A DNA stretch of 64,000 nt from the human T2T-CHM13v2.0 reference genome, Homo sapiens, in the NCBI RefSeq assembly GCF_009914755.1, contig NC_060937.1; one strand, 5' to 3'. Below the pieces are notes generated by a model. It searched no databases, was not told the DNA's origin, and saw only the letters and a program-made list of their open reading frames with translations. This document shows, in pieces, positions 41,790-57,036 of the stretch; positions within the stretch are counted from its first letter, which is position 1, and the number at the start of each line of letters is the position of its first letter. Position numbers and translations under genes: made by a program.

Positions 41790-42424
41790 TTTGGGCAAGA
41801 GGGGCTCTAGCCCTAGGCCTAGCCCTCCTGTTCTGGCTTTCTCCTGCTGTGCTCCACTCTCAAAGGGCAAGGAGAGCTCAGGGTCGAGGAGACATGACCC
41901 CCTTCTACACTGTGCTCCAGGAACCCAGCACCTCAGAATCCCCTGTTCAAACAGCTCCAAGCCACCTTTCAAAGCCTGGGTGGGCCCCTTCTCTGGATGT
42001 GTTGTCCTGAGGCAGATATTACTTGTGTGTGTACCTGTAGGCCCAGACAGCCAAGGAGTAGCTACTTATAGAGGGTATGGATGGCATTTGGATATGAGGC
42101 TGGGTTATTCCCAGGCATGTACAAGCCCATTTTCCCTTCTGGCCTGAGCTGGGGAAAGAAGAGAGAGAGACGTTTTGGGGAGCTGGGAGCCTGGACCAGT
42201 TCTCTCTGCACGTCCACATGTTAATGTAGAACTCTGAGAAGTATGAGAATTTTAAATTCAAATATGGTCTTCTAAGTCATTAGGAAGGTATACTTATTAA
42301 GCTAAGACAATAAAACATCTTTTATTTTGTAGTTTGCCAGTTTGATTTATTGCAGCTTTTAAGTATATAGACCAACGGTGAAGGCTTGCCCCTGTACCCT
42401 AGTCTTGGGCCCTGCAAATGTTAG
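41790..42424. mobile_element. MER115-like (hAT-Tip100) fossil
   Basis: 'gttcaaacagctccaagccacctttc' and terminal 'gggccctgcaaatgttag'. Confidence 0.55.
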
Positions 42425-43875
42425 TGAGATTTCAACCTCTATACCTCAATGGCCTGCTCCAGCTTGATTCTGGCAGCTAGCTCTGGAATCTTCTGCTTCA
42501 TGTCTCACTGCCGTTATTTCCTGGCAGCTTTCCCAAATCCCTCTACTATCTGATTTTGTCCTCCAACCCTGAAAATCTCAGTATGTAGTGACTGAGGTTG
42601 TCATCTTGCACTTTACTTGGAAGGGTTCTACCATACCTCCTGATTAATAGTGTATAATATCTTTTCCTTCCTCTTCCTTCACCTACCTACCAAGTCTTTC
42701 TGATTAGTCAAAGAAATATCTACATTATAAAATGAAGAACTATCCACCGCTTTAATGACTGGGATGGACCAAGACAAACCAAACCCCACTACCAAGCATC
42801 TTTTGCAGATAACATCTTGTAATAAATACTTTAAAGTTAAGTTTTTGCTATGCAGTGCATTTGAAAGTTGGAGAGAATCCATGTGTTAATTATCAAGAAA
42901 ATTCAAGCTTAAGGGAAAATGTGGAACATTATATAAATGAAAATTTGACTCAACAATCTAATATAACTCTGCAAATAAGTAGTTGCCTATTAGATCCAGG
43001 CACCTAAAATGATGAAAAGCACAGAAGAAAGCATCAGCAAAATTATATAACATATATATTAATTTTCCCCTTAAATTATTAAGGATTGGTGAATTATTTA
43101 TGTATTAAGGTAACACAATATTTTCAAGCTGATGGCAGAATTCATCGCAATGAGAGGACAGTGTTGACTGAACATGCTGATTAACAACCTTCTCATTGTA
43201 GAAAGGGAAAGTGGTCTGGGTGGCTTACGAACTGCTCTGCACAGTAAGGTAGGGTGTGGGGGACCATAGGATTGTAAAGCACCAGGGAGCAGCTTGTTAA
43301 GAAGGAAATGTGAAGACAGAGAGAGGGACAGCAAGCTGGTGGGCAGTCAGGGGATGGAAGAAGAAAGTCAGTGAGAAATCCCCCCAGGCAGGAATGATGG
43401 AAATTGGGAGAATGACTCAGAGGTGTCTAAGGCTGAGACCGAATTTCAAATCATCTCCTATGCTTTGTGATGTTACTACTTTCCTGCCTTCTCTCTACAA
43501 AATGTTAAATTAAATACCTCTACATAAAACTATCGCATGTAACAGTATCTGTGAGAATCAAGAAGGGGAAACTATGTTTATTTAGGTTAGTACAAGATGA
43601 AAAGCAAAACCAGTAAGACGGGAAATACGTATGAAATGGGACATTCTACAGAGGCAAGGAATAAGAGTAAGATACGACTTAGAGAAATATAATCTTCTCT
43701 AGAATCCCTGGACACTTCGGTGGTGATGCTGTTTCCCAACATTTATGGAATGGTGCTGAGCTATTGCAATATAAATGTTGAAGAAGAAGGTGATTCTGTA
43801 AGGCTGGAGGATTTGGGGACATCCATATGATGGCACCTGGGCCATCTTCACAAATGAAAGCTGTCTTTCTTTTAG

Positions 43876-44172
<297 letters not shown>

Positions 44173-44294
44173 AACAGAAATGTTTTTATAGAATACAGTA
44201 CATACAGAATTGATTAGAAGTGATTGAATTCTTTATAGAATGTGAAATTTCAAAAGTAATAGTTTGTAAAGTAAAGGATGTGATGTATTAGATA

Positions 44295-44900
44295 TGGGCT
44301 TTAATCAACAAGCATTTTACATTTTCTCTGTTCTCAGCATCGTACTTATGCTGAGAGACACAAAGGATATGTCAGACACAGTTCTTGCTCTACAGGAGTA
44401 ACAAACAATTAAGTCACGTGAAGCATTAAGAAGGTTGGGTGTTTAGGCTTGTGCTGGAAGGCAGCAGGAGTTGGGAGAGAGAAAAGAACAGCTGAGATGC
44501 AAACATCCTAAGAAGTTGCGCTGTACCATAAGGGAAGGCTGGAAATAGGAGGCTGGAAGAAGATGTCATCTTCCAGGTTGAGGTAACAGCATTTGCACAG
44601 GCACAGACAGATGCAGGAATTCAGTATGGCATGATGTACACACACTGCAAATTAGCTGACTGAGTAGATGGTTTTCCCCTGGGAGGAATACGGAGACACA
44701 TGCTTGTGGAGCAGGGAAGATAACGAAAACTTTGAAAGACCAGTTGGGGATCTATGATAAAAAAGGGGGAGCCACTGCCTATTTAATAAATGGTATTTTA
44801 GAAATACTTGCCTCACAGCAGGCTGTAGGATGGCCACATAAATGATAAACTGGAGGCAGGAAGGAAACAGTGGCCCAAATCTGGGCATGAGTGACATATG
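44295..44900 (+). mobile_element. L2 fragments
   Basis: 'caacaagcattt...agacacagttcttgctc', 'ttccaggttgaggtaacagcatttgcacaggcacaga', 'ggggagccactg'. Confidence 0.55.
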
Positions 44901-47294
44901 ACGAGACCAAGATGGTGGGATCACGGTATAGTTGGAGGAGCCCCAGAAATTTTCCATATTTGTAGCCCAGCTCTATTAAGGATTATACCCTTAAAAGCCT
45001 TCTCCAGATACAAATATACCATTTAACAAAGCTCAGGCTATCACTATCGTCCCACACTCAACACGTATTTTAAACTTCTTTCCATTTGAGCAAATTTTTC
45101 ACCAAACTTTATAATATAAGCCCCTCTAAGGAAGTTTACTTCCTCATTTTGGTAAATTTCCTGCTCATGCATTTTTATAAGCTTGCGATAGCCAACCTAG
45201 TTCCTAGAAGACTCATGCATTATAGACCTTTGATAGGAAAGGTGAGGATTAAAATTCATTATTATTTTATCTTTTGGTTTCTGTGGTCACAGAGTGTATA
45301 AGACAAGGACATACACTGTGTGCAATATCAGACATCCTGCTGCAAAATGGCTGTGGTCTGGCAAGGCTGGGGACAGCTTTTGTGGGTTTGCAGTGATATT
45401 TGAAGTTTGATGAATGAATACAAAATGCATCACTGGTATAATCTAAATGATGTGACATAATTTATGCTCCAACTGTTAAACTCCAATAAATCCCAGCCAA
45501 TGACAGGAAAATCCCAGATGTTGGGCCATTCTGGAAACTAAGTACACGGGCCTCAGTGAATTTATGATCTTTCTGTTTTTGACTCCTTTCTCCCATTTTG
45601 GAGATTAGTTCTTCTCTCGTTAATTCTACCCTGCAAAATGTGCAAGCTAAAACTGCCTCACAAACCTTCTTCATCATTAATCCTCAGATGAATTTCAGCA
45701 TTTGAAAATGGTAAGTTGCCAGAACTTTAAAAAAAGATACAACTTTGCTGTCTGTTTTATTAATCACTAGTATCTTTGTCTCCAGAGATAAGTGCGACAT
45801 TAATCAGAAATTCAGGAAAGCATCTCTCATGTTGATTTAAGTGGGTTTCTGGGGTCACTTTCAAAAAGTATAAAACATTTGCTCATTATTCTGTATATAC
45901 TAAGTTACTAAAAGGTTATTTCTCATTTTATGATCTTATAATTCAAGCTATAGTTTTAGTCCTTAATTAAAGAGGGATTAGGAAATATAGCAGTTACTCA
46001 TTTATAGGAAAAAGGGCTTTCATTGTATGAAATTGTTTTATAACTGCAAATAGTACTAAGGCAAAAGCAGGAAAAAGGAAAATATTTAAAAGCATGTCAA
46101 GGGCACCGAAGTCTTATAGAATAAATATTTAACAAATAAATAAATGAAAGAAAAACCTTGTGGAGATATTAGCTATAGATAGGTGGGTTTTAAGTTTAGC
46201 AAAGCTAAGCCTCAGGGTGCTAGTTTTTTCTTTTCAGCTATCAAGCCTATAACTTGAGTATTAATGCCTGATGAATAGCATAAAGCAGCAGCATTTTCCA
46301 TATGTGTACTTAGAGTAAAGATAATGTAATAAACATAATTGCACTCATATAGCTTAGTATAAGCAATTATCACTAATTACTGGTAGAGTTTCTCTCTCTT
46401 ATTTCTAATGAAGAGTACAGTGGAAGGATAGTTTATCTCTAGATACTAATTTAATTTAAACGTTAATAGGAATAGTTTTGTTTCTGCCTAAAAGATTTTG
46501 ATGAATTTTCATTGCATCTAACTTCAATTCCAGCAATGTCTTTATCATCAGCCTTTCTTAGTCTGTCACTTGGAGGATGTTCTATCCTGTCCTACTGTCC
46601 ATAAGACCAAGCAGCTCGGAGGACTCCCATGAATCAGTGAAAAGCACCTTGCACCATTCTGGGCGAGCAGTGGAACTCAGCTTCTGTGGATTTTGAATTG
46701 TTGCATGAAATCAGTCAGTATTTCGGAGCATCGGTGATCAGAGGTGTCTCCTACATATTTGTTTGTATTCCTATAAGCATCCAACACAATGGCCAGTAGG
46801 TAGTTAATGCTGATTAAATGTTTACTGAGAGAAGAGACGAATGCAGGTATTTATGTATATTTGGGTTTGGGTCATTGTTTTCTTCTCTTTTTTTTCTTTC
46901 TACACATAGGATAAAGAGTCTGTAATACACGACTAGAATAATTTGATACTTAAAAAATCAATGGTTGAAAACAATGACACATTAAACTATCTACTGTGCA
47001 AACCTTCACCACCAAAGCCACCTCTGGCCACAGTGCAGGACTGTTAGAAGTTGAGGGGACCTTTAATTTCTGCCAGAAGCCCCAAGTGGTTGACAATTAT
47101 ATCATTTCTCTATCTCTTAATCTTAACTGATTTGCCTGTTTGTGGACAAAAGAAAAACAAGCCATGTTACAGTTTGTTCAGAAACCAAGAAGATGGAAGC
47201 CTTTTAATTCTGTCTTCATTAGTGAAGCTATTTACTTTGCTGTGTTTTGTGCTTTGAAAAAGTTTGAATAAAGATACAAAATACAGAGCAGAGA

Positions 47295-47521
47295 GGCAGA
47301 ATGATATTGCAAATAAGAGCTGGAAAACTTAGGCTCGAAGGTGGCTCTGCTGTGTGACCTTGGATGAATTAATTAACTTATCTGTGTCCCAAGTTCCTCG
47401 TTTGAAAACAGGGGTGTAATAATAGTGCCTAACTGCAAGATGTTGTGATGATTGAAGGAATTTAGATAAAGTGTTTAGACAGTGCTTGGTACATAATAAA
47501 TGTATATAAGTATCAGCCATT
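47295..47521 (+). mobile_element. MIR
   Basis: 'gctgtgtgaccttggatgaatt...ataataatagtgcct...aaagtgtttagacagtgcttggtacataataa'. Confidence 0.85.
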
Positions 47522-48254
47522 TTGGTATATGACTTTACAGAAAGCATAGATGCTGAACAGAATAATCCACTTACTGAGAACCACAACAATTTCAGGAATA
47601 TGAGCATATCATTCCAAAAAATATAATAGGAGAGATACATTCCAACAAAACAGGTAAAAGAAAGAAAACACTTTACAAATATGTAGTTATTGAATTCAGT
47701 ATTCTAAAACCAGAGATATTGGTGGTATGTCGAATAGGAGAAAAAAGGGTCCAGGAAGAGTTGGAATAAACAGGGAGTCAGAAAAGTGATTTTCAACCTT
47801 TGTCCATGTTACAATCATTTGGGGGAGCCTGTTAGCTCATACCGGGGACTCTGTATTTTTGAGAGATGCCCTAGGTGATTCTGATGCAAAATGAAGATAG
47901 AAAAGAGCCTTAGAAAATGAAGGGGAGCCGAGATCTGGGTTCGGGGGTGGGAATGAGATTTGGATAGGAAACTCAGGCAGCTGGAACCCTGGGGGAGTTT
48001 CACTCAGTGTTACCAAGTCACAAGCTAGAATAATTCACTCAACTCAGATCAACCCATCACCTTGTTACTGAATGTTTCTGTTCTGGGTTCACATGAAACT
48101 GTGTTTATTTTCAAATCAACTATAATCTTTTCTCTGATATACAGTGAGAATAATTGCTTTCCATACAGGAAGTTAAAGCCCCAAGCAGTAATTCCTTCCT
48201 CACAGTAAGTCTTGCTTTCAAGACTATTAACAAGCATCATTTTCTTATGGCTGA

Positions 48255-48284
48255 TTTGTCTGTCTATTTACCTATCTATATCTG

Positions 48285-48333
<49 letters not shown>

Positions 48334-48362
48334 AATCTATCTATCTATCATCTATCATCATT

Positions 48363-48396
<34 letters not shown>

Positions 48397-48402
48397 ATCT
48401 AT
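48255..48402. repeat. (TCTA)n / (TCA)n compound microsatellite
   Basis: Directly visible. Confidence 0.92.
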
Positions 48403-49634
48403 CCATTCTAAGTCTTTCGGTAGTAGATATTTCCATATATTAAAAACAAACAAATGAAAAACCAAAATAAAGCTGACATTTAGTGCCTTCAAGCCCCAAC
48501 CATTCTCTTTTTTTAAACCACTTTAAGTAGAGACAAAACAAGCAAAGGTTGACTTTGGTGGTAGAGTAAATTTACACTTTGTGGAAGTTTAAATTTGAAA
48601 GGCTGAACTAGATTTCCAAATTTTTGTAAGTGAAACTGATGAGATTAAAATAAATTGTCCCATTTCCTGGAATCAGGCCCTGTCCAAATGCAGCATGAGT
48701 TTTTCTGAAAACTCGATTAAAATTAAAATGATCTCATAAGGAGAGACTTTGGAAATGGTGGAGAAAACCCAACATCAGGCATATTCGTTTTCTACACATC
48801 AGAAAGAATGGGTCAGAATTTGGAAAGATTTGAAAGTGGGAATGTTGTATCTTTCTTTTGAAATTTGGTCTTATCCTACTCCCAGAATGGAGATATTCCA
48901 TTTCTAGTACTAAATGTTCTCTATTTCCTTTCATATTTCACAATATTTTTCAGGCCAATTTTTTTTTTTACATCTAACCAATGAATCCAGTATCATATTT
49001 TTAACAATCTTTCATTTCCTCTCCAATTTGTGATGTTATTTGGAATTCTTATATGTATAATAAACTGCCTAAAGATTTAAATTATTTTAAATTCATGTAT
49101 GTTGGGTTATTCCTGTACTGTTTACTTGTGGCATTGACTTATCTATTTTTGCATCTGTACCAGGCTTGGCAACTGCATTTTTTTAAGTATATTTTAGTAT
49201 CTGGCAAGATGACTTCCCTAGCCTTCCTCTTCTTTTTCAAAATGTACGTAGGTTTTTTACCTATTTGTTAACCTATCATTACTTTTAAAAATATCCCTTA
49301 TCAACAATTTTTAAAAGGCTATTGGGATCCCTCTTGAAACCATAATAAACTTATACATTATTTTGGAAGGAATTGATGTTTTTGTAACATCTGCTCATCA
49401 AGGAACATGATGCACCTCTACAGTTACTAGTTTCTCAGACCTCTCAGTAAAGTGCACTTTTGTTATTGCTTAGGATCGTTTTGGTTTCTTGGTGATTTTT
49501 GTTGCTATAGTAAATGGCATTTTCCACCTGGTTACTGTTGGCATAAGTGAGATTTCTTATATAATTATATGGTTTGCAAATCATTGGAAGCTTTTCTTTC
49601 AATAAATTTACCTCTAATTTCTGTTTTGTGTCTT

Positions 49635-49939
49635 TTGATTTATTTTTTATTTTTTTTTGAGACAGGGTCTCTCTCTGTCACCAAGGCTAGAGTGCAGTGG
49701 CACGATCAGCTCACTGCAGCCTCAACCTCCGAGGCTCAAGCGATCCTCCCACCTCAGCCTCCCAAGTAGCTGAGACTACAGGCACATGCTACCATATCTA
49801 GATAATTTTTTGTATTTTTTATAGAGATGGAGTTTCACCACATTGCTTAGGCTGGTCTCAAACTCCTGGACTCAAGTGATCTAACTGCCTCAGCCTCCCA
49901 AAGTGCTGGGATTACAGGTGTGAGCCACTGTGCCCAGCC
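49635..49939 (-). mobile_element. AluJ
   Basis: Antisense Alu; TSD TGTTTTGTGTCTT. Confidence 0.95.
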
Positions 49940-50109
49940 TGTTTTGTGTCTTGTATCAGCTAAAACTTCTAGAACATGTTGAATAATAAGATTATAGTAG
50001 GCATCTTGATTTTACTCTCAATTTTACTGGAACTTTCTCTAGCATTTCTATTTTAAGTATGATGTTGTCTATGGCTTAAGATAGATGTTATTTGTATTAT
50101 ATGAGAATC

Positions 50110-50644
50110 TGTCAGAGATACTCAGCCTCCAAAATGTCTATAATGATTCTTACCTTCTGGTAGTCACACTTTTGTGTAGTCTCCTCTCATAGTGAATAAG
50201 GCTGACGTATGTAACAATATTATGGACATAAAGTTTGGTGACTTCTGGGGCTGGTTCATAAAAGACATTGCAGTCTCTGCCTGGAAATTTTCCCCTGATT
50301 ACTCACTCAGGGGGAAAAGCCAGCTGCCATGTTGTGAAAACACTCAAGCAGCCCTATAATGGTGAGAAACTGAGGCCTCCCATCAAACAGCCAGCTCTAA
50401 CTTGCTAGCTATATGAGTAAGTCAGCTTGGAAGCAGTTACTCTGGCCCCATTGTAGCCTTCAGATGACTGCTTCCCTGGTTGATATTTTGATTGCAAACT
50501 CATAAAAGACCTTGAGTCAGATTCATCCAGCGAAGCCACTCCTGAATTCCTAACTTACAAAATATCTGTGAGATAATAAACGCTTATTGTTTTAAACTGC
50601 TAATTTGGGGGTAATTTACTATGCAGCAATAGATAGCTAACACA
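50110..50644 (+). mobile_element. MLT1F-like LTR
   Basis: 'agccagctgccatgttgtga...cactcaagcagcccta...agccttcagatgactgc...gcagcaatagatagctaacaca'. Confidence 0.85.
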
Positions 50645-50677
50645 CTTCCAAAATTATATTTAAAATAAATCACTTAA

Positions 50678-51025
<348 letters not shown>

Positions 51026-52639
51026 AAAATAAATCATTTAAGTCAGCAATGGTAAAAATGATATTGAATGCCTTTTTGACATCTATGAGATGATTCTTTT
51101 TTTTCTTCTTTTTTGGTGTATCAAGGTGATGCTTTATTTCATTAGCTTTCTTAATATTAATGTATTTTAGTCTTCCTAAAATCTTCTTGATCATGGCAGA
51201 TTATTATTTTAATATATTCTCTAATTTTATTTTTTAGTCATATGTTTAGAATTTTGTATATATAAATTAATAAATAAGCTTGGCCTATACTTTTCTTTTT
51301 TTTATAATAAAGATTGTCCTACTTTTGGAAAATTATCTGGTTTTTTTTTCTATACTTAGAATTTAAAGGGAATCATCTGTCCCTTGAAAGCTTAAAGACC
51401 ATGAAATCCTCTGCGCCCAGGGCCTTTTGCTTGTACTTTCTTTGATGATTTTCTGAATCCCTTCGTATTTATTGGTCTATCCAGGTTTTCTACTTGAATC
51501 CATTTTTAAGGTTTATTATGTTACAGAAAATGTTAAGCAAACTACCACTGAGATTATTATCCTATATATTTGCTTTTCGTATTATTTTTCTCACAGTTTT
51601 CAAAAATCTGGCTGAAATAAGATATGAAAGTGAAGAAGCTAAACCCATCAGCAGAATTAAATAACCAATGGGAGAAATTGCCCTTTCTTGATGCATCCTC
51701 TGTGGTAGGAACCAGCTTTGGGGAATGACTTTAGCTATTTTACCCGAGTGGAGATGTAGCCAACATGTAGCCGAAAGACTCAGAAGGAATTGGATCAGTG
51801 GAATCTGAGGAAAGCTGGGAAGCTACATGAGGAAGGGAGCATACTCATACATCTTGCTTGCCACTCCCCCAAAGAAATATGCTTTGTTATAACAGTTGAA
51901 TTAACTTATATGGAAACATTAGGCCACTGACAAGCTAATTGCATAATGGCTCCCACACTTACCAGACCAAAGTACCAAAGTTAAGGGGAAAATGGAACGT
52001 ATTGAGGAAAATACAAAGGATTTTGGTTGCATGCCTTTACAGGAACCGGGCTGCTTGCCCTCGCTCTGGTCCTGTTAACATTCCACACATGGCTCAATCT
52101 CAGCTACAGTTTCCATCATGTTCATTACTCTCACGAACATCTCAGTTGACATGAAATAAAGGTTTCCTCTTGACCTATGAAGTTTAAAGCTAATTCACTT
52201 TCTGAGTGGCTTAAACTAACTGCACCCTGCAGCTTGCTCAGCACTTGGAGCTATATTTGGAAAAGTTTTTGACAGTCAGTACAATTTTCTTCTCTAACAT
52301 CCTGAAATTTTTATCAAAAGAAAACATTCAATTTTTTAAACTTTAGTTTTTCCCCCTGCACTGTTGTAACTAATCAGTGCTCGGGGAGGTCTTTGGTCAT
52401 CTGCTTTGGTTTCATGTGACCATGTGAAGTGAACTTATACATGGACTACACACTCCAGAAATCCTTTAACCCTCTAGTGTCTTCTCAGTTACTTTCTGCA
52501 ACAACTCCTTCCCCCAACAAAACAGAAAGGTCCAGAGAGACCGTTGCCTTCTCCTTTGGCTCAGCTGACTGGCTGGCCACGGATGCTGGTGATTGATGCC
52601 TCTCTTCCCCAGCTCTGCTGCTGGCATTTCCAAATCTGG

Positions 52640-52640
<1 letters not shown>

Positions 52641-52670
<30 letters not shown>

Positions 52671-52698
52671 CTTCTTCTTCTTCTTTTTTTTTTTTTTT
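52641..52698. repeat. (CTT)15 followed by poly(T)
   Basis: Directly visible. Confidence 0.95.
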
Positions 52699-53319
52699 GT
52701 ATGTCTTTGAAAGCCTTCTTGTTTCACTAAACTTGTCAGTCATATATCCTCCTATTTTCTGCTCACAGCTGCAGTGGAAATGTAACACCATCCTTCCTCT
52801 TTGCTAAGGGTTTTCCTAAGGCCATGGTGATAGGGCTCTCCTATGCTCATGAGGCCCAGCACCACCAAATAGTTGTTGTTTTACTGTTCCAGATTAATGA
52901 ATGGTTAAAAAATCCAGGCAACGTAGGGGTCCTGTGGTCACCTCAATAAATGCTAAATCAATTCTTAAGCCCTTCGCCATCCCCTAAGAACTTGAAATGC
53001 TGACACTTGGGGTCAAGCTTTTGCCACACATTTTCTGAAGGATTTGGGGCCTGATGTTGCTTCACTGCCCCTTACCAATCAGCTTGATTAGTGCTTTTCT
53101 GAGGACCTATCCTTTATTAAAGATCCTGCCTCTGCAAACTATATTAAGTAGTTTCTCTCTGGAAATAACTTTTCTCTTGTTCCATGTTCAACCATCTGCT
53201 TAATTTATAGACTATTAAGAGTACACACACTTTACTCTGTAATAAAAAAAAAATCCTTGCAACTGAGGTTTTTAAATTGCTCTCCAGGTGACACTGGAGC
53301 AAGGCAGGGGAGGAATGTG

Positions 53320-53480
53320 GTCTATTCCCAAAGCAGATAGCAAGAACTTTGACCCAAGTCCTGCCCATACCATTTACCAGCCGTGTGTCTTTGGGAAATT
53401 GACGTCTTCTTTTTGACCCTGAGTTTTCATGACTGTTCAACTATAAAATGTGAGGGTGATAATAACACCTACGCCTTAGG
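53320..53480 (+). mobile_element. MIR
   Basis: 'ccatttaccagccgtgtgtctttgggaaattg...ctataaaatgtgagggtgataataacaccta'. Confidence 0.7.
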
Positions 53481-56400
53481 GTTTTGTTTGTTTTGTTTTA
53501 AATATAAAATAACACAATATACTCAAAAATATTTTATAAAGTGTAAAACATCAGAGGGCATTAGAAAGTATTCTGCAACTTCTCCTTTTGCAGAGGACTA
53601 TGGAAACGTACAGACCTTTATTTATTTACCATATTTAGAGACTCTACTCCTTGGAGAGAATTCTAGACATGCCTTATATCAGGGCTACCGGCTCCACTGA
53701 TATAACAGATCAGCTTGGGTTTTAATCTCTTTATTTAATATGCACGTACACTATTGCCCATGGCTTGGAAAATTTAACCACAGAATCTCCATTTGTTTTC
53801 TGTTCATCATCTCTGGATTGGTTTTGTTTTCTCATCTCTTAAATTTTGTTTGCTGTTGTGTTTGTGTTTGTTATTGTTTGCTAGAAATTTTATTATTTTA
53901 AGAAGATTTTTTAAAAATCAGTTTCTGGTTCTATGTATTTCACTATTTTCAGTTTTCTAATTCTTTTCAACTTAAAATTTTAATTTCTCTTTTCCAGTTT
54001 TGTTTTTGTTTTTACTTTTTTTCTCCAGTTACTTGAGTTGACTCTTTAATTATTATCTCACCTCCTGCCAAAAGACATATGGTCTTTTCCGTGCTAACTA
54101 ATAAATACTCTTAAAAACACAACTATACACAGTTCTTTTGTATTTGCTAATCATTGCTCTTTCTTGATAGAGACATAACATCACATATGTAATATCATCC
54201 CTGTTGCCTTATGAATCTTAAGAAATTTAGAGGGCTTTAAAAAGTGGGTTCCAAAATGATCTCTAGCAAGATCATTGCTTAAATATGCTCCCTGTGCAGT
54301 GCTTTTTTAGTTTAACAAAATAGGAAAATAAATGAATGTCATGATAAACTGCATTTCTCACCTTGTTCTTATTTTCTGCATCAAGTTTAATCTTCACTGC
54401 TGAATTTGCGTTCTTTAGCACATGTGTGCTATTTAGAATGGAGAATATTATTCAAAACATATATTGGCATTAAAAAGGGGAGAAATGTGTTAATTCTCAC
54501 GGGTGATTAGTAGGAAAATACAATGGTATCTTGTTTTTGTTAGTGAATTTGGATAAACTTTCATTGATCTCTGATTTTGTTACCATCAGATGAGCCTGTT
54601 GAAATGTTAATTCTTTGGAGTGGATTTGTGCCAACACTGCTTAGTTAAAAAGGTATGAGATATGTCTCACTGGACCATCTGTAGCATCATCAGAAAGCTT
54701 TGCTCCTCCTCCTTGAAGGGGGAAACAAGTTTAATTTCTGTGTGTGTTGCTTTGTCCTCAGCATATAATTTATTGACATCCCTATGACATGCCTTTTGGT
54801 TGCAGCACAAGCAGGGCTGGTCATGTTTTATGCTCCTGATTCCTTTTGCTAAGACAGCTTCTGGATGTTTAGTCACACACATACACACACAGCAAATGGG
54901 ATGGCAGTCTGCCCTAGTTTACCCAACCTCCTGCCACATTAAACTTGCTACAGTTATTGTGTGTTGAGGGTAATTTCTAAAATATTTTACAAGCTCACAG
55001 TGAGCTGCCTCCTTCTGACAGCTACTCCACAGCCTGAATCCAGAAAGTATTGAGATACAGAGTTAAAAGGTGTTTGTCTTACAAAGGAGAGAGAGGGAAA
55101 AACACAAAGGCAACAGACAACAGAGGAGGAAATGAGAAGTTTGTTATTTGGAGGCTATTGCTCTACCAGATAGTGCAGCTGACCACGGGCTGCAAAGCAC
55201 AGTACCTCCTCAATGATTCTTTCTATATTGGGTACATTCTAAGACAGTCTCTGTATGTTCGCATAGTTGTTATTTTTAGAATTCTGACTACTGTAAATAT
55301 TTTTTCTCCTCTGAGGCAGTATTTTGCACTTGTATCAAGGGCAGCTGAGGTATCTTGAATTCGTCTCTACCAAAGAGAACTTTAGACAGCTGTAATTCCC
55401 CAGGAGCACTGTGTCCATAGTGTCCTCCGAGGGGCACAAACAGGCCCTCCAGACCCAAAATATTCCTCTCGCCAAATACGCCTGGGAGGTTTGAACTGAA
55501 TTAAGACCGTAAGATATCTGAAAGGAGTAACAAATTAGCAAGCTAGAATATTAGCAGGAATTAATTTATCACCTCTTGCTTCCAGGCAGAGGAAATGAGA
55601 CCCAAAATAGAAACCTTTCCAGGCCAGAAGAAGTGGGCGAGGTCTGGAGCTCTGAGCTCCAAGGCCCAGTCTGTAAGTTGTCTAACCATTCATTTACTAA
55701 TTTACTAATTCACTCATAAATCCAGTGGTGTGCCAGCACTGTGCACATGAGAAATGGGCACTATAGGACTGCTAAGTAAATAGTTAAACAATGTTGAGTA
55801 AATGACATCAGGGCTGCCCTGGTAGCTTTGAGTGACAGACGCAGATGAGAGGGTTGGTAGTCATGGATTGAAGGCCAGGAGGATTTCCTGAATTTCTCTG
55901 CCTAAGGCTCATGGCCCATGGGCACTTGGCCACCCTAGGCAGGCTCAGAGCAAGCACCTCTTTTCACCTGAAAAAGTTTTTGGCTGTTGAACCCCCAGCA
56001 TGATTTCCTAGCAGTGCCTCTGTATACTTTGCTCACTCATATCCACAACCAGAACTTATCCATCTACTCTGGTATACTAGGAGTGTAGCTTCCTTCCCTA
56101 GCTCTGGGTTTGCCTCAAGAATGGCAGAGTTGAAATAGATCTATCAGAAACACTTTCTAGAGGGCTCATGAAAGAAGGGTGCTTGTTCTCCCCAACCTTC
56201 AGAAAGCAAAAGCACTTTGATTTCACCTGAATTAAAAATAAATTCTAATGAAATACCTGATACGAATGTAAAAGTATCTTTTGGAAAAATTCACTCCATG
56301 CTTTGAAATTAATTCCAAGGCACACTTACATTTATCTTTGATTTAGAAAGGAGAAAATTGCTTTCCTTTTTGTTCTTTAAAATTTATGTAACTGTAACGG

Positions 56401-56904
56401 AGAAAATTAGAGTACATGAAGTATAGAAATTGAATCATAATCCAGTGCAATGCATTTCCTTTTCCAGAAAGTCAAATGTCATTTGCATTTGAGCTGATGA
56501 GCCTTTTTTGGTATCCTTATAAAGACTTTTTCCCCTTTCTTCCTCTGATATTCTTCAAATTAAATTTTTGTCATTTGAATAACTCTAGTTATTTTCCTTT
56601 TATGCAGGCTGTGCTATTATAGTAATCAGGTTGTCTGAGACATAAGTAGGTCACATGAATGTATTTCAAAATAGAATTTGGTGCTCACAAAGAATCATAT
56701 GGAAATTACTGGGGAAACAAAATGTAGGCATTCGATGATGGTAGTGAAAACCTGAGATAGCCTAAAGTTGAACATGAGCCACTGAGTTTAGAAATGGGGG
56801 GAGGGACATTGCTGACTTTCCCGACAGCAATGAAGGTATTTCTTTATAAAGTCTTCTGAGCGTTAAATGAGCTTTAGGCCAACTTTTTTTTCTGCTAATA
56901 ATTG

Positions 56905-56913
56905 GTGTGTGTG

Positions 56914-56966
<53 letters not shown>
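56905..56966. repeat. (GT)n(AT)n(GA)n microsatellite
   Basis: Directly visible. Confidence 0.9.
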
Positions 56967-57036
56967 GTATCAGCTCATTATATAGTAGGGCTGTGAGAGG
57001 TAGGACTCAGTGAAGATCAGTTTCTGTCCTAGTAGG

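Noticed and set aside
41154-42261. GC-richer region with several 75-120 aa ORFs
   Set aside because: No recognisable homology or exon structure; it starts in L1 and most of the right half looks like a MER115-type fossil.
52485-52807. Poly-K/E/S ORFs
   Set aside because: Artefacts of the (CTT)n and poly(T) tract.
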